Part shown: positions 22,682-30,909 of the stretch, in pieces
Numbering within the stretch: position 1 is the stretch's first letter
Layout: each line of letters begins with the position of its first letter
NCBI GenBank assembly: GCA_031414775.1
Contig: JANOQI010000042.1
Location: 1-64,000, forward strand
Length of the DNA stretch: 64,000 nucleotides
Source: Synechococcales cyanobacterium VAR_4_metabat_354
Lineage (GTDB): Bacteria > Cyanobacteriota > Cyanobacteriia > Cyanobacteriales > Chamaesiphonaceae
Direction: 5' to 3'
Program-made: the position numbers and the translations under genes
Notes under the pieces: generated by a model
Databases searched by the model: none
What the model was told of the DNA's origin: nothing
Seen by the model: the letters and a program-made list of their open reading frames with translations, nothing else

Positions 22682-23728
22682 ATGAGCGATCTGCAAGCAG
22701 TTTTGTGCGGCTATTATGGCGAAGGCAATGGCGGCGACGAAGCGCTACTAGTGTCTATGCTAGAGATGTTACCGACTAATGTAAAACCCTTGGTGCTGTC
22801 AGCTAACCCCCGACAGACAATGGCCAGCTATGGTGTCAAGGCAGTCGATCGCAAAAGTCTGCAAGTTTTAGCGGCGCTGCGCAGTTCCCAAGCCCTCATT
22901 CTTGGTGGTGGTAGCTTGATTCAGGATGCGACTAGCATCAGGAACTCCATTTATTACGGCGGCATCATGGGTTTGGCTCAACAATTAGGACTTAAAACCA
23001 TTGCGATCGGACAGGGTATCGGTCCCTTGAATCAGCCGATCACCCGCTGGATTGCCGAACGGGCTTTTGGGAGCTGTGCCGCTCTCACGGTCAGGGATAC
23101 AGCTTCTGCTTTTATTCTGCAAGACTGGTCAATTTCCTGCATGATGGCTCCCGATCCAGTCTGGAACCTGGATGCTACCCCCGTATCGGAATTAGCTGAT
23201 CTACCCACCCCTCGGATTGCCATTACCCTGCGTAGCCATCCCCAGCTCACTGCCGCCCGGTTCAGTCTATTAACCCAAGCTCTGGTTGACTTACAAAAAG
23301 CTACTAACAGCTTTGTCTTAATTGTCCCTTTCCAGCCTAGTACCGACCTGGCTATGAGTCAGCAATTACAAGCTCAGTTACCCGATGTCAGCCAAATTGT
23401 TACTATGGATGACCCCAAAAAGCTGAAGGGAGTTTTTCAAGGGGTACAGCTAGCGATCGGAATGCGTTTTCACAGTTTAATTATGGCTGCTGCCGAAGGC
23501 TGCCGCTGTTTTGCGCTCAGCTACGACCCCAAAGTTACCCAGCTAATGTCTAACCTAGAAATGCCGGGGTGGGAACTAGCCCAGATTCCCACCACGAAGG
23601 AACAGATTGTGGAAACTTGGTTGCACCAGTTCACTACCGGTCAACCCCTGTCAGAGAAGCAATTACAAGACCTGAAAACCAGAACAGACCTTCACCAAAA
23701 ATTGTTAGCGGCGGCCTTGCAAAACTAA
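22682..23728 (+). CDS. csaB: Polysaccharide pyruvyl transferase CsaB
   Basis: GYYGEGNGGDEA, GGGSLIQD, GMRFHSLI, LSYDPKV. Confidence 0.9.
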   Translation: MSDLQAVLCGYYGEGNGGDEALLVSMLEMLPTNVKPLVLSANPRQTMASYGVKAVDRKSLQVLAALRSSQALILGGGSLIQDATSIRNSIYYGGIMGLAQQLGLKTIAIGQGIGPLNQPITRWIAERAFGSCAALTVRDTASAFILQDWSISCMMAPDPVWNLDATPVSELADLPTPRIAITLRSHPQLTAARFSLLTQALVDLQKATNSFVLIVPFQPSTDLAMSQQLQAQLPDVSQIVTMDDPKKLKGVFQGVQLAIGMRFHSLIMAAAEGCRCFALSYDPKVTQLMSNLEMPGWELAQIPTTKEQIVETWLHQFTTGQPLSEKQLQDLKTRTDLHQKLLAAALQN

Positions 23729-23838
23729 TCGCTGCACCTGCGGTTTAGTTTATGATGTAGATCTACTGCTGTCTGCATACGATTACTGCCGGTGCCAGCG
23801 AAGCTAACAGAATAACTCTAGCCATTTCTTTAACAGCT

Positions 23839-24591
23839 ATGACTGATGCCTCTCAACCGTTTCCAGTACAAGCTCACTCTGATGAGATCGAAACTGTCTA
23901 CACCACAGTGGCATCGCAAGGGGAATCTACAGACTGGTTGACGGTGGTGAGAAACCTGCGCCAGGGCAATCGGAAGTTGCTAGAACAGATCGAAGTATTA
24001 GAAATGACGATCGCAGAAATTAGAAATGAGTCGCTGTCTCATCAAGAGCGCAGTCAGATGCAAGGGGTCAAAGTAATTCAGCAAGATGATGATCTAAAAC
24101 TTGCCCAAGAACGGGTTGGTAATCTTTTTGAGCAATTAGAAAACTCCCATCGGATTGGTCAGCGGCAACAGATTTTGGTGGAAACTCTTTCACAAAAGAT
24201 GGAGATCGCTCAATCTGTAATTAGTGAAATGGAAGCAGAAAATCAGCAATTGAAACAACAGCAAAATGAATCTGCTCAAAAATTGAGTAAGGCCGAGGCG
24301 GTTGCTCAAGAACTTTACCGCCGACTGAAACAGCATGTCCAAGATCTGGCTGCTGCTGAACTACTAGATGATGATAATTCGGGAGGTTCCGCTGCACCCA
24401 GCTCAGCCTCTCCATCGCATAATTACGATGATGATGAGGAATTAGCTAATGCCCCTTCTGGACCATTAAAGTTTGAGGTAGAATTTGTCCCTTCCGGCTG
24501 GCCAGCACCCGCCGTTAAAGCCGCTGCTGAATTAAAATCTAATCCACCGACTTCGATCGATCTACCTAAATTCCAGAAAAAGCAGACTTAA
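23839..24591 (+). CDS. Coiled-coil hypothetical protein
   Basis: Long heptad Q/E-rich region and low-complexity tail ending IDLPKF. Confidence 0.75.
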   Translation: MTDASQPFPVQAHSDEIETVYTTVASQGESTDWLTVVRNLRQGNRKLLEQIEVLEMTIAEIRNESLSHQERSQMQGVKVIQQDDDLKLAQERVGNLFEQLENSHRIGQRQQILVETLSQKMEIAQSVISEMEAENQQLKQQQNESAQKLSKAEAVAQELYRRLKQHVQDLAAAELLDDDNSGGSAAPSSASPSHNYDDDEELANAPSGPLKFEVEFVPSGWPAPAVKAAAELKSNPPTSIDLPKFQKKQT

Positions 24592-24689
24592 GGCTAGCGT
24601 GTTTTGCTCTCCCCAATTTTTTCGGCTAAAATGCGAAGGTCGTTCTACGACCAGCCCTTTAAGATCGCAGCTTTAAGAGAGGAATTCAC

Positions 24690-25289
24690 ATGGCTTTCGA
24701 GCAACCAGCATTACCCTACGACTTCAAGGCTTTGGAACCACACATGACGGCCCAAACCTTTGAATTCCACTATGGCAAACACCACGCTGCCTATGTTACT
24801 AACCTCAATAACCTGACGAAAGACACGCCCCTGGCTGATAAGTCTTTGGAAGAAATCATTAAAGCCACCTTTGGCGATCCGAGCAAAGCGGGTATTTTTA
24901 ATAATGCTGCTCAAGTTTGGAATCATACTTTCTTCTGGAAGTCGATGAAGCCCAACGGTGGCGGGACTCCGACTGGTGACTTGGCCACTCAAATCAATGC
25001 TACTTTTGGCAGCTTGGATAAATTCAAAGAAGAATTTAAAGCTGCTGCTACTACTCAATTTGGTAGTGGCTGGGCATGGCTAGTTAAAGATGGTAATACT
25101 CTCAAAATTACTAAAACTGGTAATGCCGAGAACCCGATTGCTCACGGCCAAACACCAATCTTGACTCTAGATGTTTGGGAACATGCCTATTACATCGATT
25201 TTCAAAATCGCCGTCCTGATTTCATCAGCACTTATCTAGAAAATTTAGTTAACTGGGACTTTGCTGCTGCTAATTTGGCTGCTTGCTAG
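24690..25289 (+). CDS. sodB: Superoxide dismutase [Fe]
   Basis: HYGKHH, FNNAAQVWNH, DVWEHAYY. Confidence 0.96.
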   Translation: MAFEQPALPYDFKALEPHMTAQTFEFHYGKHHAAYVTNLNNLTKDTPLADKSLEEIIKATFGDPSKAGIFNNAAQVWNHTFFWKSMKPNGGGTPTGDLATQINATFGSLDKFKEEFKAAATTQFGSGWAWLVKDGNTLKITKTGNAENPIAHGQTPILTLDVWEHAYYIDFQNRRPDFISTYLENLVNWDFAAANLAAC

Positions 25290-25425
25290 TTCTCGCATCA
25301 GCCTAATTTTGATTGTCCCTAGCCATACAGCTGGGGATGATTTTTTAGCGTCAGTAAACTAGCACCGGGGAGTTGTATCTATCAAGCTAGAATCTATTGA
25401 ATAGCCCTTTGCTTCTCCGTCACCT

Positions 25426-27693
25426 ATGACACCCCCCAAAAAAACCATTCTCGGTCAGCTGACTCAAGCATTGCAAAGCACGAAGGTGAACATGTCACCG
25501 ATGGCTCTGAAACCCAATGCCAGAGTACCAGAACTTTTGGTGCAAGATGCGGATGCTCCCCAGCCCGAAAAATATCCCCTGCTGGGCGAAAAATATATTT
25601 TGGGGCGGAGTAGTAAAACCTGCGATATTGTGGTGCACAATCAGGTTGTTAGTACTACTCACTTATCAATTAGCAAAGATCTCAAAAATCCAGGCGCTTT
25701 CATCATGAAAGATGAAGGCTCGACCAATGGCATTTATCGGGGTAAGAAAAGGATCGATCGAATCACCCTGCGCCATGGCGACACCTTTACCCTCGGCCCT
25801 CCAGAGTTAGAAGCGGCGGTCAGTATTAGCTTTAGCAATCCGCCCCCTGGGTATCTCCAGGTATTGCGCTATGGTCTGTATGGACTAAGTGGTTTAGTTA
25901 GTTTGGTCACACTAGGTGTACTGCTCGAAGCCAGCCGTGCCCCCAGCGTCATTCCCTTACCCGATAGCAATGGGCCAGTGGTGATCTATTCGGATGAATT
26001 CGAAAAACCGTTGCGAGCCGCTCGCACCGAAATCCATACCGATCTGAAAAAGCTGGAAGATTTTTCGCCTTATTTACCGAAAGCACTGGTCGCTTCCGAA
26101 GACAGCCGTTTTTACTGGCATTTTGGTCTCGATCCTTTAGGTGTGGCACGGGCAGTAGTCGTCAGAGAACAAGGTGGTAGATTTACCCAAGGTGCCAGTA
26201 CAGTTACCCAGCAAGTCGCCCGCAGCTTATTTCGAGAATATGCCGGTATTAAGAGAGATGAACAGGGTCGGGAAGTCAACCCGATGGGACGGAAGCTCAA
26301 AGAAGCCGTGGTGGCGCTGAAGCTAGAAGCTTTCTATAACAAAGACCAGATTTTGCTGGCTTACCTAAACCGGGTCTATTTGGGTTCCGATTTGGTCAAT
26401 GCGCAGGGCTTTGACGATGCCGCTCGCCATTATTTTGGCAAATCAGCTAAAGATATCAATCTTTCTGAATCGGCGACGTTAGTCGGGATTTTGCCCGCCC
26501 CCGCCCGTTTTAATCCCTGTACGAGTTTAGAAAAAGCCATGGAACGGCGTAATTTGGTGCTGCAACGGATGACGGAAACTAATGCGGCCAGCCCCGAAGA
26601 AATTCGAGATGCTAGACGATCGCGGTTGGAAGTTCGATCGGAAGCTTGTACACCGGTCAAAGACACCAAAGCACCCTATCTCTACGGCTATGTTTTTCAA
26701 GAATTACAGCAAATCTTAGGTGAAGACTTTGCCAAGGAGGGCAATTTCATTATCGAGACGGGGGTGAATCTGCAGATGCAAGAAAAAGCCGAAGCCGCTC
26801 TACGTTCACACATTGCCGGAGCCGGAAATACTTATGGTTTTTCGCAAGGCAGCTTAGTCACCATGGATAGCCGCACTGGCATTGTCAAAGCAATGGTCGG
26901 CGGACTAGATTACCAAAAAAGTCAATTCAATCGGGCGACAGCGGCGCAACGCCAGCCCGGTTCTACCTTTAAATTGTTTGCCTATGCTTCGGCGCTAGAG
27001 CAAGGTATTTCTCCTAATAAAGTTTACTCCTGTGATGCTCTGCGGTGGGAAAGGAGCTTCCCTGGCTGCAATCATGGCGCAGTGGGCGGTGCCAATATGT
27101 ATCAGGGCTTTGCCCTCTCCGAGAACGTAACGGCATTACGAGTTGGTCGTGATGCTGGACTACCAAAGGTCATAGAGATTGCCCACCGGATGGGGGTGAA
27201 ATCTAAGCTAGAAGAAGTGCCAGCTTTAATCTTGGGTCAGAGTGTAGTGAATGTTTTAGAACTAACTGGCTCTTATGGGGCGGTGGCTAATGGTGGATTC
27301 TGGAACCGACCGAAAGTAATTAAACGGGTTTATGATAGCGGGGTCTGTAAGGATCGTACTAAACCCAGCACTTGTCGGGTGATCTATGCCTATGATACCG
27401 ATCGGCAGCGCAACAAAAAGGTGCTGGGGCCAAAAGTGACTGGGGTTTTGCGCGATCTAATGCGGGGGGTGATTACCAGCGGCACTGGCAAGGATGCGGC
27501 GATCGGTCGGGGGGAAGCGGGCAAAACGGGTACCACTGATCGCAATGTGGATTTGTGGTTTATTGGATTTGTGCCAGAGGAGAAGCTGGTGACAGGAATT
27601 TGGTTGGGTAATGATGATAATTCACCAACTAAGGGCAGTAGTGCTCAATCAGCTCAATTGTGGGGAAAGTATATGGGTTCAGTTCTCAAGTAG
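25426..27693 (+). CDS. Class A penicillin-binding protein with N-terminal FHA domain
   Basis: FHA motifs (LGRS, VVSTTH, DEGSTNG), TM helix, EDSRFYWH, GASTVTQQ, STFK, SEN, KTG. Confidence 0.92.
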   Translation: MTPPKKTILGQLTQALQSTKVNMSPMALKPNARVPELLVQDADAPQPEKYPLLGEKYILGRSSKTCDIVVHNQVVSTTHLSISKDLKNPGAFIMKDEGSTNGIYRGKKRIDRITLRHGDTFTLGPPELEAAVSISFSNPPPGYLQVLRYGLYGLSGLVSLVTLGVLLEASRAPSVIPLPDSNGPVVIYSDEFEKPLRAARTEIHTDLKKLEDFSPYLPKALVASEDSRFYWHFGLDPLGVARAVVVREQGGRFTQGASTVTQQVARSLFREYAGIKRDEQGREVNPMGRKLKEAVVALKLEAFYNKDQILLAYLNRVYLGSDLVNAQGFDDAARHYFGKSAKDINLSESATLVGILPAPARFNPCTSLEKAMERRNLVLQRMTETNAASPEEIRDARRSRLEVRSEACTPVKDTKAPYLYGYVFQELQQILGEDFAKEGNFIIETGVNLQMQEKAEAALRSHIAGAGNTYGFSQGSLVTMDSRTGIVKAMVGGLDYQKSQFNRATAAQRQPGSTFKLFAYASALEQGISPNKVYSCDALRWERSFPGCNHGAVGGANMYQGFALSENVTALRVGRDAGLPKVIEIAHRMGVKSKLEEVPALILGQSVVNVLELTGSYGAVANGGFWNRPKVIKRVYDSGVCKDRTKPSTCRVIYAYDTDRQRNKKVLGPKVTGVLRDLMRGVITSGTGKDAAIGRGEAGKTGTTDRNVDLWFIGFVPEEKLVTGIWLGNDDNSPTKGSSAQSAQLWGKYMGSVLK

Positions 27694-27740
27694 AATCGCC
27701 CCCCATTAAATTTAATAATTTACGCGATGTGTGAATAAAA

Positions 27741-27845
27741 TTATTCTGTGCCATTCACGATGGCGATCGCACCCAACATGATAGCCAAAAATATCGCCGA
27801 CCAAGCCACTAAACTCCAGCCCTGAGGAATCGACAAATTTTTCAT
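27741..27845 (-). CDS. Putative 34-aa single-TM small protein
   Basis: MKNLSIPQGWSLVAWSAIFLAIMLGAIAIVNGTE*; purine-rich GGGGTAAGAAC before the ATG; below the ORF-track cutoff. Confidence 0.5.
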   Translation of the reverse strand: MKNLSIPQGWSLVAWSAIFLAIMLGAIAIVNGTE

Positions 27846-28240
27846 GTTCTTACCCCGCTAACTTTTTCGAGAGATTTTTCGCGCTGATACAGAGAGAATG
27901 GCAAAGCACACGAAAGGTTAAATGAGAGATCTATCGCTGATAAGGGCATCTCGTTAAGAAAAGATAAAAAATATTAGAATATATCAACAAGTTGCAATAA
28001 AATGTTCACACGATTTATGAGAGTACTGTTAAGACTTGAGTAGTTGATCGATCGATCACCCTAAATCACTCCGTCTACAGAAAAAACATGTCCCTTGGGG
28101 ATCACATTCAGAATAATTACATTAAACTGAGTTAAGAAACGTAAACCGAAAAGGCAAAACCATTCATAATTATCATAATTAACTGAATTAGTTCACCTTT
28201 CACTAGGAATACTTATACAACATTCTGGGGTTTCTAGAAA

Positions 28241-29296
28241 ATGACTATCGCACTAGATAGAGTCGAAGAGAGAGGACGGTTTGACGTCCTCGATGACTGG
28301 CTTAAAAAAGATCGCTTCGTATTCGTCGGCTGGTCTGGCATTCTGCTTTTCCCTACTGCCTTCATGGCACTAGGTGGCTGGATGACTGGTACCACCTTCG
28401 TAACATCTTGGTACACTCACGGTTTGGCTTCTAGCTACCTCGAAGGTGCTAACTTCCTCACAGTGGCTGTGTCCACTCCTCCCAACAGCTTGGGTCACTC
28501 ATTACTGTTCTTATGGGGCCCTGAAGCTCAAGGTGACCTTACCCGCTGGTTCCAGCTCGGTGGTCTCTGGGCTTTCGTTGCTCTGCATGGTGCCTTTGGC
28601 CTAATTGGCTTTATGCTTCGCCAGTTTGAAATCGCTCGTCTCGTCGGCATTCGTCCTTACAACGCTCTAGCGTTTTCTGGTCCGATCGCTGTTTTCGTTA
28701 GCGTATTTTTACTGTACCCACTGGGTCAGTCCGGCTGGTTCTTCGCACCTTCTTTTGGAGTTGCTGCAATTTTCCGATTCATCTTATTCTTACAAGGCTT
28801 CCACAACTGGACTCTCAACCCCTTCCATATGATGGGCGTGGCTGGAATCTTAGGTGGAGCACTACTTTGCGCCATTCATGGTGCCACTGTAGAAAACACC
28901 TTGTTTGAAGATAGCGACAACGCTAACACTTTCCCTGCTTTTGAACCAACTCAGTCAGAAGAAACCTACTCGATGGTTACGGCCAACCGTTTTTGGTCTC
29001 AAATCTTCGGAATTGCTTTCTCCAACAAACGTTGGTTGCACTTCTTCATGCTGTTTGTACCAGTAACTGGTCTATGGATGAGTTCAGTGGGTATTGTGGG
29101 CTTGGCTCTCAACCTACGGGCTTATGACTTCACTTCCCAAGAATTGCGGGCTGCTGAAGATCCTGAGTTTGAAACTTTCTACACCAAGAATATTCTTCTA
29201 AACGAAGGTATTCGGGCGTGGATGGCTCCTCAAGATCAGCCTCACGAACAGTTTGCCTTCCCAGAAGAAGTCTTACCTCGTGGTAATGCTCTCTAA
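28241..29296 (+). CDS. psbD: Photosystem II D2 protein
   Basis: [33 protein letters not shown]. Confidence 0.99.
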   Translation: MTIALDRVEERGRFDVLDDWLKKDRFVFVGWSGILLFPTAFMALGGWMTGTTFVTSWYTHGLASSYLEGANFLTVAVSTPPNSLGHSLLFLWGPEAQGDLTRWFQLGGLWAFVALHGAFGLIGFMLRQFEIARLVGIRPYNALAFSGPIAVFVSVFLLYPLGQSGWFFAPSFGVAAIFRFILFLQGFHNWTLNPFHMMGVAGILGGALLCAIHGATVENTLFEDSDNANTFPAFEPTQSEETYSMVTANRFWSQIFGIAFSNKRWLHFFMLFVPVTGLWMSSVGIVGLALNLRAYDFTSQELRAAEDPEFETFYTKNILLNEGIRAWMAPQDQPHEQFAFPEEVLPRGNAL

Positions 29297-29301
29297 AATC
29301 C

Positions 29302-29330
29302 TTGGAAACTCGGAAAGATAAGAGTACAAT
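29302..29330 (+). promoter_or_regulatory. Putative sigma70-type promoter for psbC
   Basis: TTGGAA-N17-TACAAT in the psbD-psbC spacer. Confidence 0.45.
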
Positions 29331-29344
29331 CTACATTATATTTG

Positions 29345-29380
29345 TGCTCTCAGTAAGCCCGTAGAGGTTTGCTGAGAGCA
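29345..29380 (+). other. Stable stem-loop in the psbD-psbC spacer
   Basis: 15-bp stem TGCTCTCAGTAAGCC / GGTTTGCTGAGAGCA (2 G-U pairs), 6-nt loop, no strong U-tract. Confidence 0.75.
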
Positions 29381-29433
29381 TTCTCCCTCAATTAGTCAGC
29401 ACTAATATTTCACCTTTAAGAGGTCATCAAATA

Positions 29434-30819
29434 GTGGAAACACCCTTTAATACTTCCATGGTAATGGGTGGTCGTGACCTAGACTCTACCGGTTTTGCTT
29501 GGTGGTCTGGTAATGCCCGCTTAATTAACCTTTCTGGCAAGCTGTTGGGCGCTCACGTTGCTCATGCTGGCCTTATCGTTTTCTGGGCAGGGGCTATGAC
29601 CCTGTTTGAAGTAGCTCATTTCATTCCCGAAAAACCAATGTACGAGCAAGGTTTGATCTTGCTTCCCCACTTGGCTAGCCAAGGTTGGGGTGTTGGTCCC
29701 GGTGGCGAAGTCATTGATTCCTTCCCCTACTTCGTGGTTGGTGTACTGCACCTAATTTCTTCGGCAGTTTTGGGCGTCGGCGGCTTGTATCACGCTTTGC
29801 GTGGTCCTGATACCCTCGAAGAATATTCATCTTTCTTTGGCTACGACTGGCGCGACAAGAACAAGATGACTAGTATCTTGGGCTTTCACCTCTGTATTTT
29901 AGGTGTGGGTGCATTGTTGCTCGTCCTCAAAGCGATGTTCTTTGGTGGTTTGTATGATACTTGGGCACCCGGTGGTGGTGATGTGCGGTTAGTTACTAAC
30001 CCCACTATCAACCCTTTGATCATTTTTGGTTATTTGCTGAAGGCACCTTTTGGTGGCGAAGGCTGGATTATCAGTGTTAACAACCTCGAAGATATTGTTG
30101 GTGGCCATATTTGGGTCGGCTTTATCTGTATTGCTGGTGGTGTTTGGCACATTCTGACCACTCCTTTTGGTTGGGCTAGACGGGCACTGATTTGGTCTGG
30201 TGAAGCTTACCTTTCCTACAGTTTGGGCGCTTTGGCTTTGATGGGTTTTGTTGCTTCCATTATGGTTTGGTATAACAATACTGCTTACCCAAGCGAATTT
30301 TACGGCCCCACTGGTCCGGAAGCTTCTCAGGCACAGGCTCTAACTTTCTTAGTTAGAGACCAACGCTTGGGTGCCAACGTGGCTACGGCTCAAGGTCCTA
30401 CTGGCCTGGGTAAATACCTAATGCGTTCTCCTTCGGGCGAAATCATTTTTGGTGGTGAAACCATGCGCTTCTGGGATTTTCAAGGTCCTTGGTTGGAGCC
30501 ACTACGTGGTCCTAATGGTTTGGATCTGAGCAAAGTCAAGAATGACATTCAACCTTGGCAAGCTCGGCGGGCAGCGGAATATATGACTCACGCGCCACTG
30601 GGTTCTTTGAACTCTGTTGGTGGTGTTATCACTGAAAGCAACGCTTTCAACTACGTATCACCGCGTGCTTGGTTGGCTACTTCTCACTTCCTCTTTGCCT
30701 TTTTCTTGTTTATCGGACACCTATGGCACGCTGGTCGTGCTCGGGCGGCGGTAGCAGGCTTTGAAAAAGGTATCGATCGCGATACGGAAGCAGTATTGGC
30801 AATGCCAGACCTCGACTAG
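29434..30819 (+). CDS. psbC: Photosystem II CP43
   Basis: GTG start with [37 protein letters not shown]. Confidence 0.99.
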   Translation: METPFNTSMVMGGRDLDSTGFAWWSGNARLINLSGKLLGAHVAHAGLIVFWAGAMTLFEVAHFIPEKPMYEQGLILLPHLASQGWGVGPGGEVIDSFPYFVVGVLHLISSAVLGVGGLYHALRGPDTLEEYSSFFGYDWRDKNKMTSILGFHLCILGVGALLLVLKAMFFGGLYDTWAPGGGDVRLVTNPTINPLIIFGYLLKAPFGGEGWIISVNNLEDIVGGHIWVGFICIAGGVWHILTTPFGWARRALIWSGEAYLSYSLGALALMGFVASIMVWYNNTAYPSEFYGPTGPEASQAQALTFLVRDQRLGANVATAQGPTGLGKYLMRSPSGEIIFGGETMRFWDFQGPWLEPLRGPNGLDLSKVKNDIQPWQARRAAEYMTHAPLGSLNSVGGVITESNAFNYVSPRAWLATSHFLFAFFLFIGHLWHAGRARAAVAGFEKGIDRDTEAVLAMPDLD

Positions 30820-30852
30820 ACCTAAATATTTTCTATTTGAGTTTTGATTTTG

Positions 30853-30884
30853 AAAAAGGCATGGAATTAATTCCATGCCTTTTT
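30853..30884. terminator. Bidirectional terminator between psbC and the PBP gene
   Basis: Perfect palindrome AAAAAGGCATGGAATTAATTCCATGCCTTTTT. Confidence 0.85.
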
Positions 30885-30909
30885 GTTGTGTCATTTTTCA
30901 GTGCCAGTT

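Noticed and set aside
28117..28146. RpaB/HLR1-like direct repeats upstream of psbD
   Set aside because: Match is degenerate and the region is AT-rich; plausible but not supportable by eye
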